A stretch of 64,000 nucleotides of DNA from a phage: sequence record PX880103.1; one strand, given 5' to 3'. A program made the translations under genes and the position numbers. Within the stretch, counting starts at the first letter, position 1. Every line of letters begins with the position of its first letter. The notes beneath the pieces are model-generated. The model made no database searches and had not been told where the DNA came from. It worked only from the letters and a program-made list of their open reading frames with translations. Of this stretch, positions 33,078 through 41,126 are shown one piece after another.

Positions 33078-33350
33078 TTATTTGTTCGTATACATCTCTA
33101 GATATCGATATACACCCTCAAAACCCTCGTTGAATTCGTCGATGAGGGTTTTCTTATCTTCTTGGGTTAATTCAGAAACAATTTTACGGAATGAATTCTG
33201 ATTCAACTTTCTACCTTCATGCATTACTCCAATCTCATTTAGAAATGCAATAAAATTAGCACGATTCTCAACAATATCTTCTCTGGAAAATTTAATCAAA
33301 ATAGACGCAACAGTAATAATTTCACGAACTGTATCAATGTTTTTATTCAT
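33078..33350 (-). CDS. asiA: AsiA anti-sigma70 factor
   Basis: 90 aa; MNKNIDTVREIITVASILIKFSREDIVENRANFIAFLNEIGV matches T4 AsiA nearly residue-for-residue as recalled. Confidence 0.95.
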   Translation of the reverse strand: MNKNIDTVREIITVASILIKFSREDIVENRANFIAFLNEIGVMHEGRKLNQNSFRKIVSELTQEDKKTLIDEFNEGFEGVYRYLEMYTNK

Positions 33351-33362
33351 TAACTATACCAC

Positions 33363-33515
33363 TCAATTAGCTGACTTTGTTATAATATCATCAGACGCTT
33401 GATTTGTAAACTGGTCTGTGTTATTTTCTTCAAAAATTTTTTCTACGAATTCCTTGAACGATTCACGTTCCTGAGCTACATTATGCTCGATTACTTTTTC
33501 AAGATTATGACTCAT
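33363..33515 (-). CDS. small ORF (~50 aa) translationally coupled to arn
   Basis: Hand-translated MSHNLEKVIEHNVAQERESFKEF...; ATGA overlap with the arn stop; below track size cut-off. Confidence 0.35.
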   Translation of the reverse strand: MSHNLEKVIEHNVAQERESFKEFVEKIFEENNTDQFTNQASDDIITKSAN

Positions 33516-33790
33516 TCGAAATAATCTTCAATTTCATAATCAAGGACATAAATCATTATAGTTTTTAATACATCATCAATACTTTTTCCTGGAGCTGGAA
33601 TTACGTAAAAATATCCTGCTTTTGAGAGGTCTTTATAAGTTCCAATCAAGAAATCATTATTCTCAAGATGTAGTTCTTCAACTAATTCATTGACAATTGA
33701 ATGGTATAAATTTGGTAGAAACTTATATAGCTTTTCTAGAATATCAATTTTGATTGTGTATTGAACCACGGACTGAGAATCAATAATCAT
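33512..33790 (-). CDS. arn: Arn anti-restriction nuclease (McrBC inhibitor)
   Basis: 92 aa; MIIDSQSVVQYTIKIDILEKLYKFLPNLYHSIVNELVEELHLENNDF matches T4 Arn as recalled. Confidence 0.9.
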   Translation of the reverse strand: MIIDSQSVVQYTIKIDILEKLYKFLPNLYHSIVNELVEELHLENNDFLIGTYKDLSKAGYFYVIPAPGKSIDDVLKTIMIYVLDYEIEDYFE

Positions 33791-33873
33791 AGACCTTCCC
33801 CTTATGTTTCTGTTTGCGATTAGATTCTTTAAACGCTTTCTTCTTATCCTTATGAACAGAAGCTTTATTAAAA

Positions 33874-34092
33874 TTATGTTTTGCGACTAAATTGTTCATA
33901 GTGCTGAATTACCTCTCTTAAACATTTGCATGTGAATGAAAACTTTTTAGCTACACCACATTCAAATATATGTTCTCTTAAATCACGTGTATCGGTATAT
34001 CCCATCTCAACAATAAAATGCCGTATTAGATTTTTATCTTTATCATTGAGAGAATTAAAATAATCAGATTTTGAATTAATTTCCCTGGCCAA
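33874..34092 (-). CDS. hypothetical protein
   Basis: 72-aa ORF with CxxC-like cysteines. Confidence 0.5.
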   Translation of the reverse strand: MAREINSKSDYFNSLNDKDKNLIRHFIVEMGYTDTRDLREHIFECGVAKKFSFTCKCLREVIQHYEQFSRKT

Positions 34093-34372
34093 ATTGAATC
34101 ACCTTCAGTTGACGTTTTAATTCTTTTATCATTTCTTCGTTCATCGCAATATAAAGATCGCGTAAAGCAGGTTTTAGCATTCCATTTACTGGAGAACTAA
34201 ATGGGCACACATAATCTTTTCCTACGAGCTTTTTAGTGAATTCCATATTACAGAACTGAAATGCCGGTTCATTGGCATAAATTCCCCATTTGGTTGACAT
34301 CATTTTATTAGCATATTCCAGCGCCTGGATTTGATTCATAATTCCATCAATTTGAAACTGTTTAATATTCAT
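34076..34372 (-). CDS. hypothetical protein
   Basis: 98-aa ORF. Confidence 0.5.
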   Translation of the reverse strand: MNIKQFQIDGIMNQIQALEYANKMMSTKWGIYANEPAFQFCNMEFTKKLVGKDYVCPFSSPVNGMLKPALRDLYIAMNEEMIKELKRQLKVIQFGQGN

Positions 34373-34833
34373 TAGTAAAGGTCCTCAGAGTAAAGTTCTT
34401 TTTCACTACCACCACGTTCAATACGTACTTGTCCAGCGTAAGTTGCAATAATCATTGCTTCTTCACGTGTCCAATAATTACTATATTGGTCAATAAACCC
34501 TTGGTCATCATCACAAACTTGCTGAGTAACTAATTGAGATTTAACTACATCTAAAACTTCTGCCATATCTTTAGAATAATGACGAGCACCTGGAATAATA
34601 AGAGTTCGTCCATCTTTTAATTTAAAACGGTTGGCTGCACAGACAATTCGTCGTTGATACTTTTGGTTTTCATCCCAGTACGCAGTCTGCCAACAAATTT
34701 CAGGAACTTCATCTAAAACATTTTGTTCTGTATATTCACCACCGTGAGAAGCTAATTTAGCAGCCAGACTTTCCGGAGTCTCACGCGACAAAGCTTTATC
34801 TAACAGAGCTAAACGTTCTTTAAAAGTTTTCAT
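34372..34833 (-). CDS. hypothetical protein
   Basis: 153-aa ORF. Confidence 0.55.
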   Translation of the reverse strand: MKTFKERLALLDKALSRETPESLAAKLASHGGEYTEQNVLDEVPEICWQTAYWDENQKYQRRIVCAANRFKLKDGRTLIIPGARHYSKDMAEVLDVVKSQLVTQQVCDDDQGFIDQYSNYWTREEAMIIATYAGQVRIERGGSEKELYSEDLY

Positions 34834-35159
34834 TTAAACCATCCTTTAATACGTTGCCACAAAGTTTTCTGTTGAGCTTTGTTAACACCAATTGAGCGAA
34901 TAACTGGTTGAGATTCCTGGAATTCTTTATAATCAGCAAGGTAAATTTCGTAAGCTGCATCCGTAAAGGAACTTATCGCTGCCATAAAATTATTGCGAAT
35001 ACCTACTGGAGCATCTTTACTTTCACGAATAATCATGTATTTACCAGTCTTAATCTTTACAATAGTTCCAAGATAAGCTCCATGGTACCAAATATCCCAA
35101 CCCTCTTGAGTAGGTTCTGCGCAACGACGAAGTTCATTAACAATTTCTAACTTGTTCAT
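34830..35159 (-). CDS. hypothetical protein
   Basis: 109-aa ORF. Confidence 0.55.
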   Translation of the reverse strand: MNKLEIVNELRRCAEPTQEGWDIWYHGAYLGTIVKIKTGKYMIIRESKDAPVGIRNNFMAAISSFTDAAYEIYLADYKEFQESQPVIRSIGVNKAQQKTLWQRIKGWFK

Positions 35160-35169
35160 TATTTATTCC

Positions 35170-35805
35170 TCACAGTTCAGATGCTACAGTGATTACAGCT
35201 TCAATGTTTTCTGCCGAGCGTTTAATATCAAGATACACATTACCGTTTTTAGCGATTTTACATGACATTCCGATATCAGTAAATTTCTGAATATGATGTT
35301 CCATCATTTTGTATCCAAAAATTCGCATATTTCCATTATTGTTAATTTCAAAATTACGAATTCCGTGAGTGCGTTTTTCTAAAATAGCAAGATAGTTACT
35401 GCGATAAGTTTCAACCTTTTTAAGAACAAATCCATTTTCATCTAAAAGTTTTAACATGAGGTCTTTATCTTCTTCCATATCGGAAGTAATCTCACGAGCT
35501 TTACGAGTTGCTCGTTTTTTCAGCAGTTCCGGAGCATTTTCCTGTGCATATAAAGTTGCTGCATTTGAAATAATATCTTGAGCTTCACCAGTAATGATTA
35601 ATCCATCACCAGATTTCTCCACTAGGCCTTTTTTAATCAATACCCCAATATTACTATTAACTACCGCGTTACCTAAATCTGGATGCACCTCACGAACTTC
35701 TGCGGCTGTAATGAAATCTTTCTTAGCAATGGTAATTAAAATCGCAGCAGTTTTTTCATTCAGAACATCGTTAGAAGCTTTGATGATGTAAGTTACTTTA
35801 GACAT
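35170..35805 (-). CDS. motA: MotA middle-transcription activator
   Basis: 211 aa = T4 MotA length; MSKVTYIIKASNDVLNEKTAAILITIAKKDFITAAEVREVHPDLG matches T4 MotA as recalled. Confidence 0.92.
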   Translation of the reverse strand: MSKVTYIIKASNDVLNEKTAAILITIAKKDFITAAEVREVHPDLGNAVVNSNIGVLIKKGLVEKSGDGLIITGEAQDIISNAATLYAQENAPELLKKRATRKAREITSDMEEDKDLMLKLLDENGFVLKKVETYRSNYLAILEKRTHGIRNFEINNNGNMRIFGYKMMEHHIQKFTDIGMSCKIAKNGNVYLDIKRSAENIEAVITVASEL

Positions 35806-35837
35806 TTTCTAATCTCCGTAATTCTGTATCAGTAGTT

Positions 35838-35876
35838 GATAGTTGTATAGTACCACAGTATGCTTTGGTTGTAAAC
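35838..35876 (-). promoter_or_regulatory. sigma70-type early promoter for motA
   Basis: Minus-strand GTTTAC (plus 35871-35876) and TAnnnT -10. Confidence 0.5.
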
Positions 35877-35894
35877 CGTTTTGTGAAAAAAAAA

Positions 35895-35930
35895 ATTTTA
35901 AAATAAAAAAGGGAGAGCCTCGGCTCTCCC
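35895..35930 (-). terminator. rho-independent terminator
   Basis: Hairpin gggagagccgaggctctccc followed by TTTTTTATTTT on the minus strand. Confidence 0.55.
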
Positions 35931-35935
35931 TAAAA

Positions 35936-36085
35936 TTACTGCATGACTGTGATAACTGTCATGATAACACGTTGAATTCCAAACGCAAGAAGACCTCCTG
36001 CTACGGCTGGAACAACACCTAACCCTGCCAGTAAAATGCTACCAGATACTAATGCAGCGCTTGTAATACCAATGAATGGACTCAT
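35936..36085 (-). CDS. small hydrophobic membrane peptide (49 aa)
   Basis: Hand-translated MSPFIGITSAALVSGSILLAGLGVVPAVAGGLLAFGIQRVIMTVITVMQ; ATGA overlap with gene 52 stop. Confidence 0.4.
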   Translation of the reverse strand: MSPFIGITSAALVSGSILLAGLGVVPAVAGGLLAFGIQRVIMTVITVMQ

Positions 36086-37410
36086 TTGATTTCCTCTAAA
36101 TCTTTGGTGTATTCAGTAACTACATCAGTAGTTTTCCAATATTCGTTTTCTTCTTTTTTAGCTTTAGCTTCTTCAGCAAGTTTCTTTGCTTCATCGGAAG
36201 TCATATGAAAAATATTCATTCCAACTAGTTTATCAACATAAGAAGAATACATATCGATTTTCGAAAGTTCTTCGGTCAGTTCTTTACGAGTTTTACCCTG
36301 TACAACAATTTCACCTGAAATTACTTTCTTAATGAAATGTGCCTTGGCAAAGGCTAAACGAAAAGCTGACTCAGTTTCTTTAATTTTGTTATCAATTCGT
36401 TTTTGGACATAAGTTTTACGAACTTCAACAAAGTCTTTAATTAAATCAACTACGTTATCGTAAACTTGTAGTTTTCCTTTCTCATTAATAACCGTAATAT
36501 TCTGAGAACGACGCTCAATCAACCCGAAGTCTTTCATAATTTTTGCATGGCGTTCTTCTTCGTTATCGCTCAAAGAGTATTCTTTGCGGAATTTAACTTT
36601 GAAGCCAAAACCATGCTCACCACAAGCATCATCCCATGTAATGAAGCCTTTATCTTCAAGTGGGTCTAAGATTTTACTCACATAAGTTTCACGATCATAC
36701 TTGTACGGAATCTCAGTGATATGCATTTGAGTTCGTGAAGTAAACTTATATGTTCCACGAATTTCATATTGCCCATCAATTTCAACGACTTCACCGCGAA
36801 ATTCTGGGAATTCTACCTTCGGTTTAGTTACTTTCTTTCCTTGAAGAGCTTGCAGTACAGCTTTCTTGACAGAAGAAACACTATGAGGAAGAATGTAAGT
36901 TGCATAACCAGTTGCAATACCGGAAACGCCATTAAGAAGAACAGTAGGAATAATAGGCAAATAGAAAGCAGGCGGAATGTGTTCTTTATCTTGATGTACC
37001 GGAGCATATTCAGTATCTTTATATACGTTATAGAAATTTTTACTTACACGAGCAAAAATATAACGACTTGCTGCTGCTTTTTGAACGGTACGAGAACCAA
37101 AGTTTCCTTGACCATCTAACAGAGGAAAGTTATTATTCCAGGTGTTAGCCATCAAAGCGCCCGCATCTTGTGCAGAGTTTTCGCCATGGTGATATCCAAG
37201 GTCCGCTACACCACCTGCGATAGAAGCGAGTTTGTGAAACTTATCTTTATTTCCTCGCGCCAAATCAAGAGCTCGAGCAATAACAAATCGTTGAACTGGC
37301 TTAAATCCATCAATCATATTTGGAATAGCACGATTTTCAACCGTGTACATAGCATAAGCCAATGCTTCATTATCAATGATACTTTTTAAATCGCGATTAT
37401 TCAGTTGCAT
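36082..37410 (-). CDS. 52: gp52 DNA topoisomerase II medium subunit (GyrA-like)
   Basis: 442 aa = T4 gp52 length; topoisomerase breakage-reunion-type motifs; adjacent to motA. Confidence 0.93.
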   Translation of the reverse strand: MQLNNRDLKSIIDNEALAYAMYTVENRAIPNMIDGFKPVQRFVIARALDLARGNKDKFHKLASIAGGVADLGYHHGENSAQDAGALMANTWNNNFPLLDGQGNFGSRTVQKAAASRYIFARVSKNFYNVYKDTEYAPVHQDKEHIPPAFYLPIIPTVLLNGVSGIATGYATYILPHSVSSVKKAVLQALQGKKVTKPKVEFPEFRGEVVEIDGQYEIRGTYKFTSRTQMHITEIPYKYDRETYVSKILDPLEDKGFITWDDACGEHGFGFKVKFRKEYSLSDNEEERHAKIMKDFGLIERRSQNITVINEKGKLQVYDNVVDLIKDFVEVRKTYVQKRIDNKIKETESAFRLAFAKAHFIKKVISGEIVVQGKTRKELTEELSKIDMYSSYVDKLVGMNIFHMTSDEAKKLAEEAKAKKEENEYWKTTDVVTEYTKDLEEIK

Positions 37411-37414
37411 AAAT

Positions 37415-37555
37415 TTACCATACTAGTGAATGTAGTGCCATAATAACATCAGAAATGAAAAGCACGACTTGAATTAATCCGAACATTACTCCATAATATA
37501 GTGCTACCAATAAAGTAGCAAGGGCTAATGAATAGCCCAAGATTTTCTTAATCAT
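37415..37555 (-). CDS. small hydrophobic membrane peptide (46 aa)
   Basis: Hand-translated MIKKILGYSLALATLLVALYYGVMFGLIQVVLFISDVIMALHSLVW. Confidence 0.4.
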   Translation of the reverse strand: MIKKILGYSLALATLLVALYYGVMFGLIQVVLFISDVIMALHSLVW

Positions 37556-37706
37556 TAGTGGATAACAACACAAATGTTAAATATGCACACATACCCTGGG
37601 CTAAAGCTTGTGAAAACACACTGCTAGCATCGATACAGATAGTTAAAACACATGCTACTATCCAACAAATAAATGAAATAACTCCTAATAATTTTGCGAT
37701 ATTCAT
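37548..37706 (-). CDS. ac: small membrane protein (52 aa), candidate Ac (acridine sensitivity) equivalent
   Basis: Hand-translated MNIAKLLGVISFICWIVACVLTICIDASSVFSQALAQGMCAYLTFVLLSTND; size and position between 52 and stp fit T4 ac (from memory). Confidence 0.4.
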   Translation of the reverse strand: MNIAKLLGVISFICWIVACVLTICIDASSVFSQALAQGMCAYLTFVLLSTND

Positions 37707-37713
37707 ATTTTCC

Positions 37714-37794
37714 TCACTGACGTCCGAATACGCCTTTGGTTTTAAGATTGTTACGATAGAACTGCATCACATGTTCGTTATGGAAATTACTCAT
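37714..37794 (-). CDS. stp: Stp peptide (activator of host PrrC anticodon nuclease)
   Basis: 26-codon [29 protein letters not shown], identical to the T4 Stp peptide as I recall it; TAATG overlap with the ndd stop. Confidence 0.8.
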
Positions 37795-38249
37795 TAATAT
37801 GCCTGTAAAACAAATTTAAAGTTATCAGCCAACATACGATTCATTTCTTCAAGTGTTTGATACTCAGAATGATGATTACGAGTAAACGCCAAAGCTAACT
37901 GACCTTTTCCAAATCCCGTCGTTAGAGGTTTCATCTTAGAAGCAGGCAAATAAAACACTGTGTATGGAACATTGTTATTTGCAATAGTACGCGCAAGTTG
38001 AGACCGGCGTTGACGAATATGACTTAAAACCGCACTGAATCCTTGCTTAGAACGCTGATTACCTACATAAAATCGTGCAGATACGCATGGATTACTAAAT
38101 GGACCACCGAGTTTACTCACTAAAAAGTAAAATCCAGGTTTAGACAAAATGTCTTTGTGCGGAGTTCCCAAAAACCACTCACCACCCTTGATTGTACCAA
38201 TAACAGTAGCGCCTGCATTATTCAGATCAATAACAGTCATATATTTCAT
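37794..38249 (-). CDS. ndd: Ndd nucleoid disruption protein
   Basis: 151 aa from [26 protein letters not shown] (internal ATG; track start is further upstream); matches T4 Ndd as recalled. Confidence 0.88.
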
Positions 38250-38309
38250 ATTAATTTCCTCTAAATTATTTTCTACTCCAAGGCCGCATGAATACACACG
38301 GCCATTAAA

Positions 38310-38525
38310 TTAATCGTCGCAGTCGACGCTCAATTCCCAAAACTCTTCTACAGTATAAGTTTCAGTATCATTTTCAATACAGAAACGTTCATTACTATTG
38401 TTTGCTAAAGTAGCATTAACTGTCATTTTCTCGCTAGTGCTCTTAAGAGGTGAAATACGAATTAACTGATCACCGTTATCTAAACAGAAAATTTCACCAA
38501 CTTTTACATCTTTAAAGATTTTCAT
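38310..38525 (-). CDS. hypothetical protein (ndd.1 position)
   Basis: 71-aa ORF. Confidence 0.5.
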   Translation of the reverse strand: MKIFKDVKVGEIFCLDNGDQLIRISPLKSTSEKMTVNATLANNSNERFCIENDTETYTVEEFWELSVDCDD

Positions 38526-38640
38526 AATTCACCTCAAGGAGTATAAAATCCAAATGCAGTTGTTGACCATCCCATCCAATACGGAAAATTTGCACCGATG
38601 TAAAACACGAGAATATAAAACCAAATACCCAGTAAATTCA

Positions 38641-38838
38641 TCATTTTACACCATTCCAAATTGTTTCAACTACTGATTTTAAACCATTTTGATGAATATC
38701 CATTCCGACTACTGCCATCAAATAGATTCCAACTACAACTGAACCTAGCGCAAAAATCAGCATGAAAATGAATAAAGCCGGAAAAATATTATCGAAAAAC
38801 CATTCCATAAATGTAAAAGCACTGCGTTTACGCTTCAT
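38641..38838 (-). CDS. small membrane protein
   Basis: Track ORF begins with TTG; internal ATG MKRKRSAFTFMEWFF... preferred; hydrophobic core. Confidence 0.45.
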   Translation of the reverse strand: MKRKRSAFTFMEWFFDNIFPALFIFMLIFALGSVVVGIYLMAVVGMDIHQNGLKSVVETIWNGVK

Positions 38839-38845
38839 ATTTTCC

Positions 38846-38959
38846 TCACATAAATCCAAAGTAAACGTTTAACACATCAATCATTAAAACGATTGGGAAT
38901 ATACTCAAAACTATTAGTATTATAACTACATTCCATATAGCTTTAATAATCTTTTTCAT
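38846..38959 (-). CDS. small membrane peptide (37 aa)
   Basis: MKKIIKAIWNVVIILIVLSIFPIVLMIDVLNVYFGFM downstream of an early promoter at ~38965-39010. Confidence 0.4.
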   Translation of the reverse strand: MKKIIKAIWNVVIILIVLSIFPIVLMIDVLNVYFGFM

Positions 38960-38964
38960 TTTCT

Positions 38965-39010
38965 GTTCCTCCGTAGTTGATAGGGTAATAGTACCACGGA
39001 AGAACAGTCT
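38965..39010 (-). promoter_or_regulatory. sigma70-type early promoter
   Basis: Minus-strand GTTTAC and TAnnnT elements (plus: gtagttgatagggtaatagtaccac ... tgtaaacaac). Confidence 0.45.
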
Positions 39011-39308
39011 TGTAAACAACTTTTTTAAAAATATTCGTAATAAATGTGAATACCAACTACTACCGCTGAAACCTGTGCAACCCACCACGCACAAGCAATA
39101 AGTACAGAATTCATAATTTTCATAATAACCTCATTACAAAAGTAAATATTAAACAAATTACTGGAATACTAATTAACCAAACAAAACACCACCACAATGA
39201 ACTCATAGCTCAATCTCAGCGATTTTCATTTCATTCTCCAAATCCGTATCAGTTGATAGTTGTATAGTACCACGGTCCTTGTGGTATGTAAACTGTTTTG
39301 TGAATTTT

Positions 39309-39866
39309 TTAAATGAAAAGATACCATCCATTGTAGTTGCTTTTTCTTACAACCTTACGAAGGTCTTCTCTGTCACCGATGAACTTCGGAGTGTACTGGA
39401 TGACACCTGGATGAATTTCTTTAGTGTTGAATATAATTATACAGTCAGCGACTTGATGATTTAGAATGGGCCCTAGATTTATTCCAGAACCGTATGGATA
39501 CTCTCCGCTGCATCCTGTTGTTACAGAAATCCAACGTGAGTCAGTTTGGTGTGTCTTAACTTCTACACGAAGCCCGCAGTATTTTGGATGTGCTAAAACA
39601 TCCCATGCATATGTGTACGGATCATCGACATCTTCTTGGCCTTTATTGACATACCCGCTTAGCCAATCTGCTACAAAAAATTCTGCGTACACAGCGATAC
39701 GGCATCTTTCGATAACTTCTGCCTTATCCTGATTTGGGTTTTGTTTTAAAGAGTATCTTGCAGTATCAGCAATTTTGGCCTTCATTTCACTAGTCAAGTC
39801 ACTGTTCGATAGGGTAAATGACGGAATCTGAAATAGTCTCTGCAAACCCGGATTCGTTTTCTGCAT
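39309..39866 (-). CDS. denB: endonuclease IV
   Basis: 185 aa = T4 DenB length; position between ndd cluster and rIIB. Confidence 0.85.
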   Translation of the reverse strand: MQKTNPGLQRLFQIPSFTLSNSDLTSEMKAKIADTARYSLKQNPNQDKAEVIERCRIAVYAEFFVADWLSGYVNKGQEDVDDPYTYAWDVLAHPKYCGLRVEVKTHQTDSRWISVTTGCSGEYPYGSGINLGPILNHQVADCIIIFNTKEIHPGVIQYTPKFIGDREDLRKVVRKSNYNGWYLFI

Positions 39867-39953
39867 TTAAACTTTCCTTTTATGTCGGAATCACTGGTAT
39901 TCATATAATAAATCATAATTTCTCTTAAAACAAAAGGGCCGAAGCCCTTTATT

Positions 39954-40148
39954 TTACTTGAATTGTGCAATTCTTTTCTCTAGACATTCAGCATAAGATT
40001 TCATTGAGATAAACTGCGAAAGCAGCAGTTCTTGCTCAACTGCACTAACTGTTAGAAACTTTGCGCTTTCTAAAAATTTACTCAGTGCATTAATTTTGAG
40101 CATTAATTGATCGTATTCTTCTTTTACTCGTGCTTGATAACCTAACAT
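39954..40148 (-). CDS. hypothetical helical protein flanked by near-identical hairpins
   Basis: 64-aa ORF; hairpins aagggccgaagccctt at ~39934-39951 and ~40161-40176. Confidence 0.5.
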   Translation of the reverse strand: MLGYQARVKEEYDQLMLKINALSKFLESAKFLTVSAVEQELLLSQFISMKSYAECLEKRIAQFK

Positions 40149-40176
40149 AATTTTCCTTAGTTAAGGGCCGAAGCCC

Positions 40177-41115
40177 TTATTTAAATTGTTCAGTAACGTC
40201 TTCAACTACTTCATATTGGCAGGTACGCATTTTAGCATCGTTGTAATCAATCGGAATTGATACTACATCGCGAGGATGAACTTTAACTTTTACAACTCGG
40301 CTGGTTGAACTACCAAAGTGACGAATATAAGATTTAGAACACACATGCAGACCACGAGAACAAGTCTGTGTATCATCGTCATTCACACGAGTACGCGGCA
40401 TTTTAACTACTTTACCCGGACTGTTATCAAAGGTATTTGAGTGACAGTCAAAGTAATTGCTACGAACTACTTTCCAAGCATAGAAGTAACCATCTTCTGT
40501 AATTTCAATATCGTTTGCTACCAAGAAATCAAAGAGTCGAGATACCGCTTTTTGGCTTGGGTTTTCCAACAGATTTTCCAAGAACGGAAAATAAAATTCA
40601 AAGTTTTCGCCTTTTTCCATCGAGTCAAGAATACGATCAACCAAACCAGACCGCAATTCAATATTTTGATAGAACAAGCTTCCACCTTCAATTCGAACAT
40701 CGCCGGAAATATATTTTTCAACAGCACGACGAACATTAATTTTTTGTGCCGCTTCTTCCAACTTATCCGCTACAAGCAGATTAAGAATTTCCTGGAAGTT
40801 TGAATGAGTATTAGGAGTTGCGTTATAAGTTACGCCATCAACAGTAATTGAAATGAATTTTTTAGATGCATTCCAAATAATGTCAGATTTAGCAACTGGA
40901 GCAATAACTGCATCGCTATTAACTTTAACTGTAATATCACCGCTAATAGTAACTTTAGGGTGTTTAGCTTCTTCAGCATTTTTCAAAACACGGCGGATTG
41001 TGTCAACCGATACACCTTGCCAATCAGCCAATTCCTGTTGGGTATAATTACCACTTGAATACAGCTTAACAATTTCAGCTTGTTCGTTTTTGGTCAGGCA
41101 TTTAATATTGTACAT
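40177..41115 (-). CDS. rIIB: RIIB
   Basis: 312 aa = T4 RIIB length; directly downstream of rIIA. Confidence 0.92.
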   Translation of the reverse strand: MYNIKCLTKNEQAEIVKLYSSGNYTQQELADWQGVSVDTIRRVLKNAEEAKHPKVTISGDITVKVNSDAVIAPVAKSDIIWNASKKFISITVDGVTYNATPNTHSNFQEILNLLVADKLEEAAQKINVRRAVEKYISGDVRIEGGSLFYQNIELRSGLVDRILDSMEKGENFEFYFPFLENLLENPSQKAVSRLFDFLVANDIEITEDGYFYAWKVVRSNYFDCHSNTFDNSPGKVVKMPRTRVNDDDTQTCSRGLHVCSKSYIRHFGSSTSRVVKVKVHPRDVVSIPIDYNDAKMRTCQYEVVEDVTEQFK

Positions 41116-41126
41116 AATTTTCCTTA

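Noticed and set aside
37794-38297. Longer N-terminal extensions in track ORFs (ndd 167 aa, rnlA 386 aa, 17970..18287, 18663..18962, 38641..38859)
   Set aside because: The track extends to the most upstream ATG/GTG/TTG; internal ATGs with RBS and a match to known T4 N-termini were preferred
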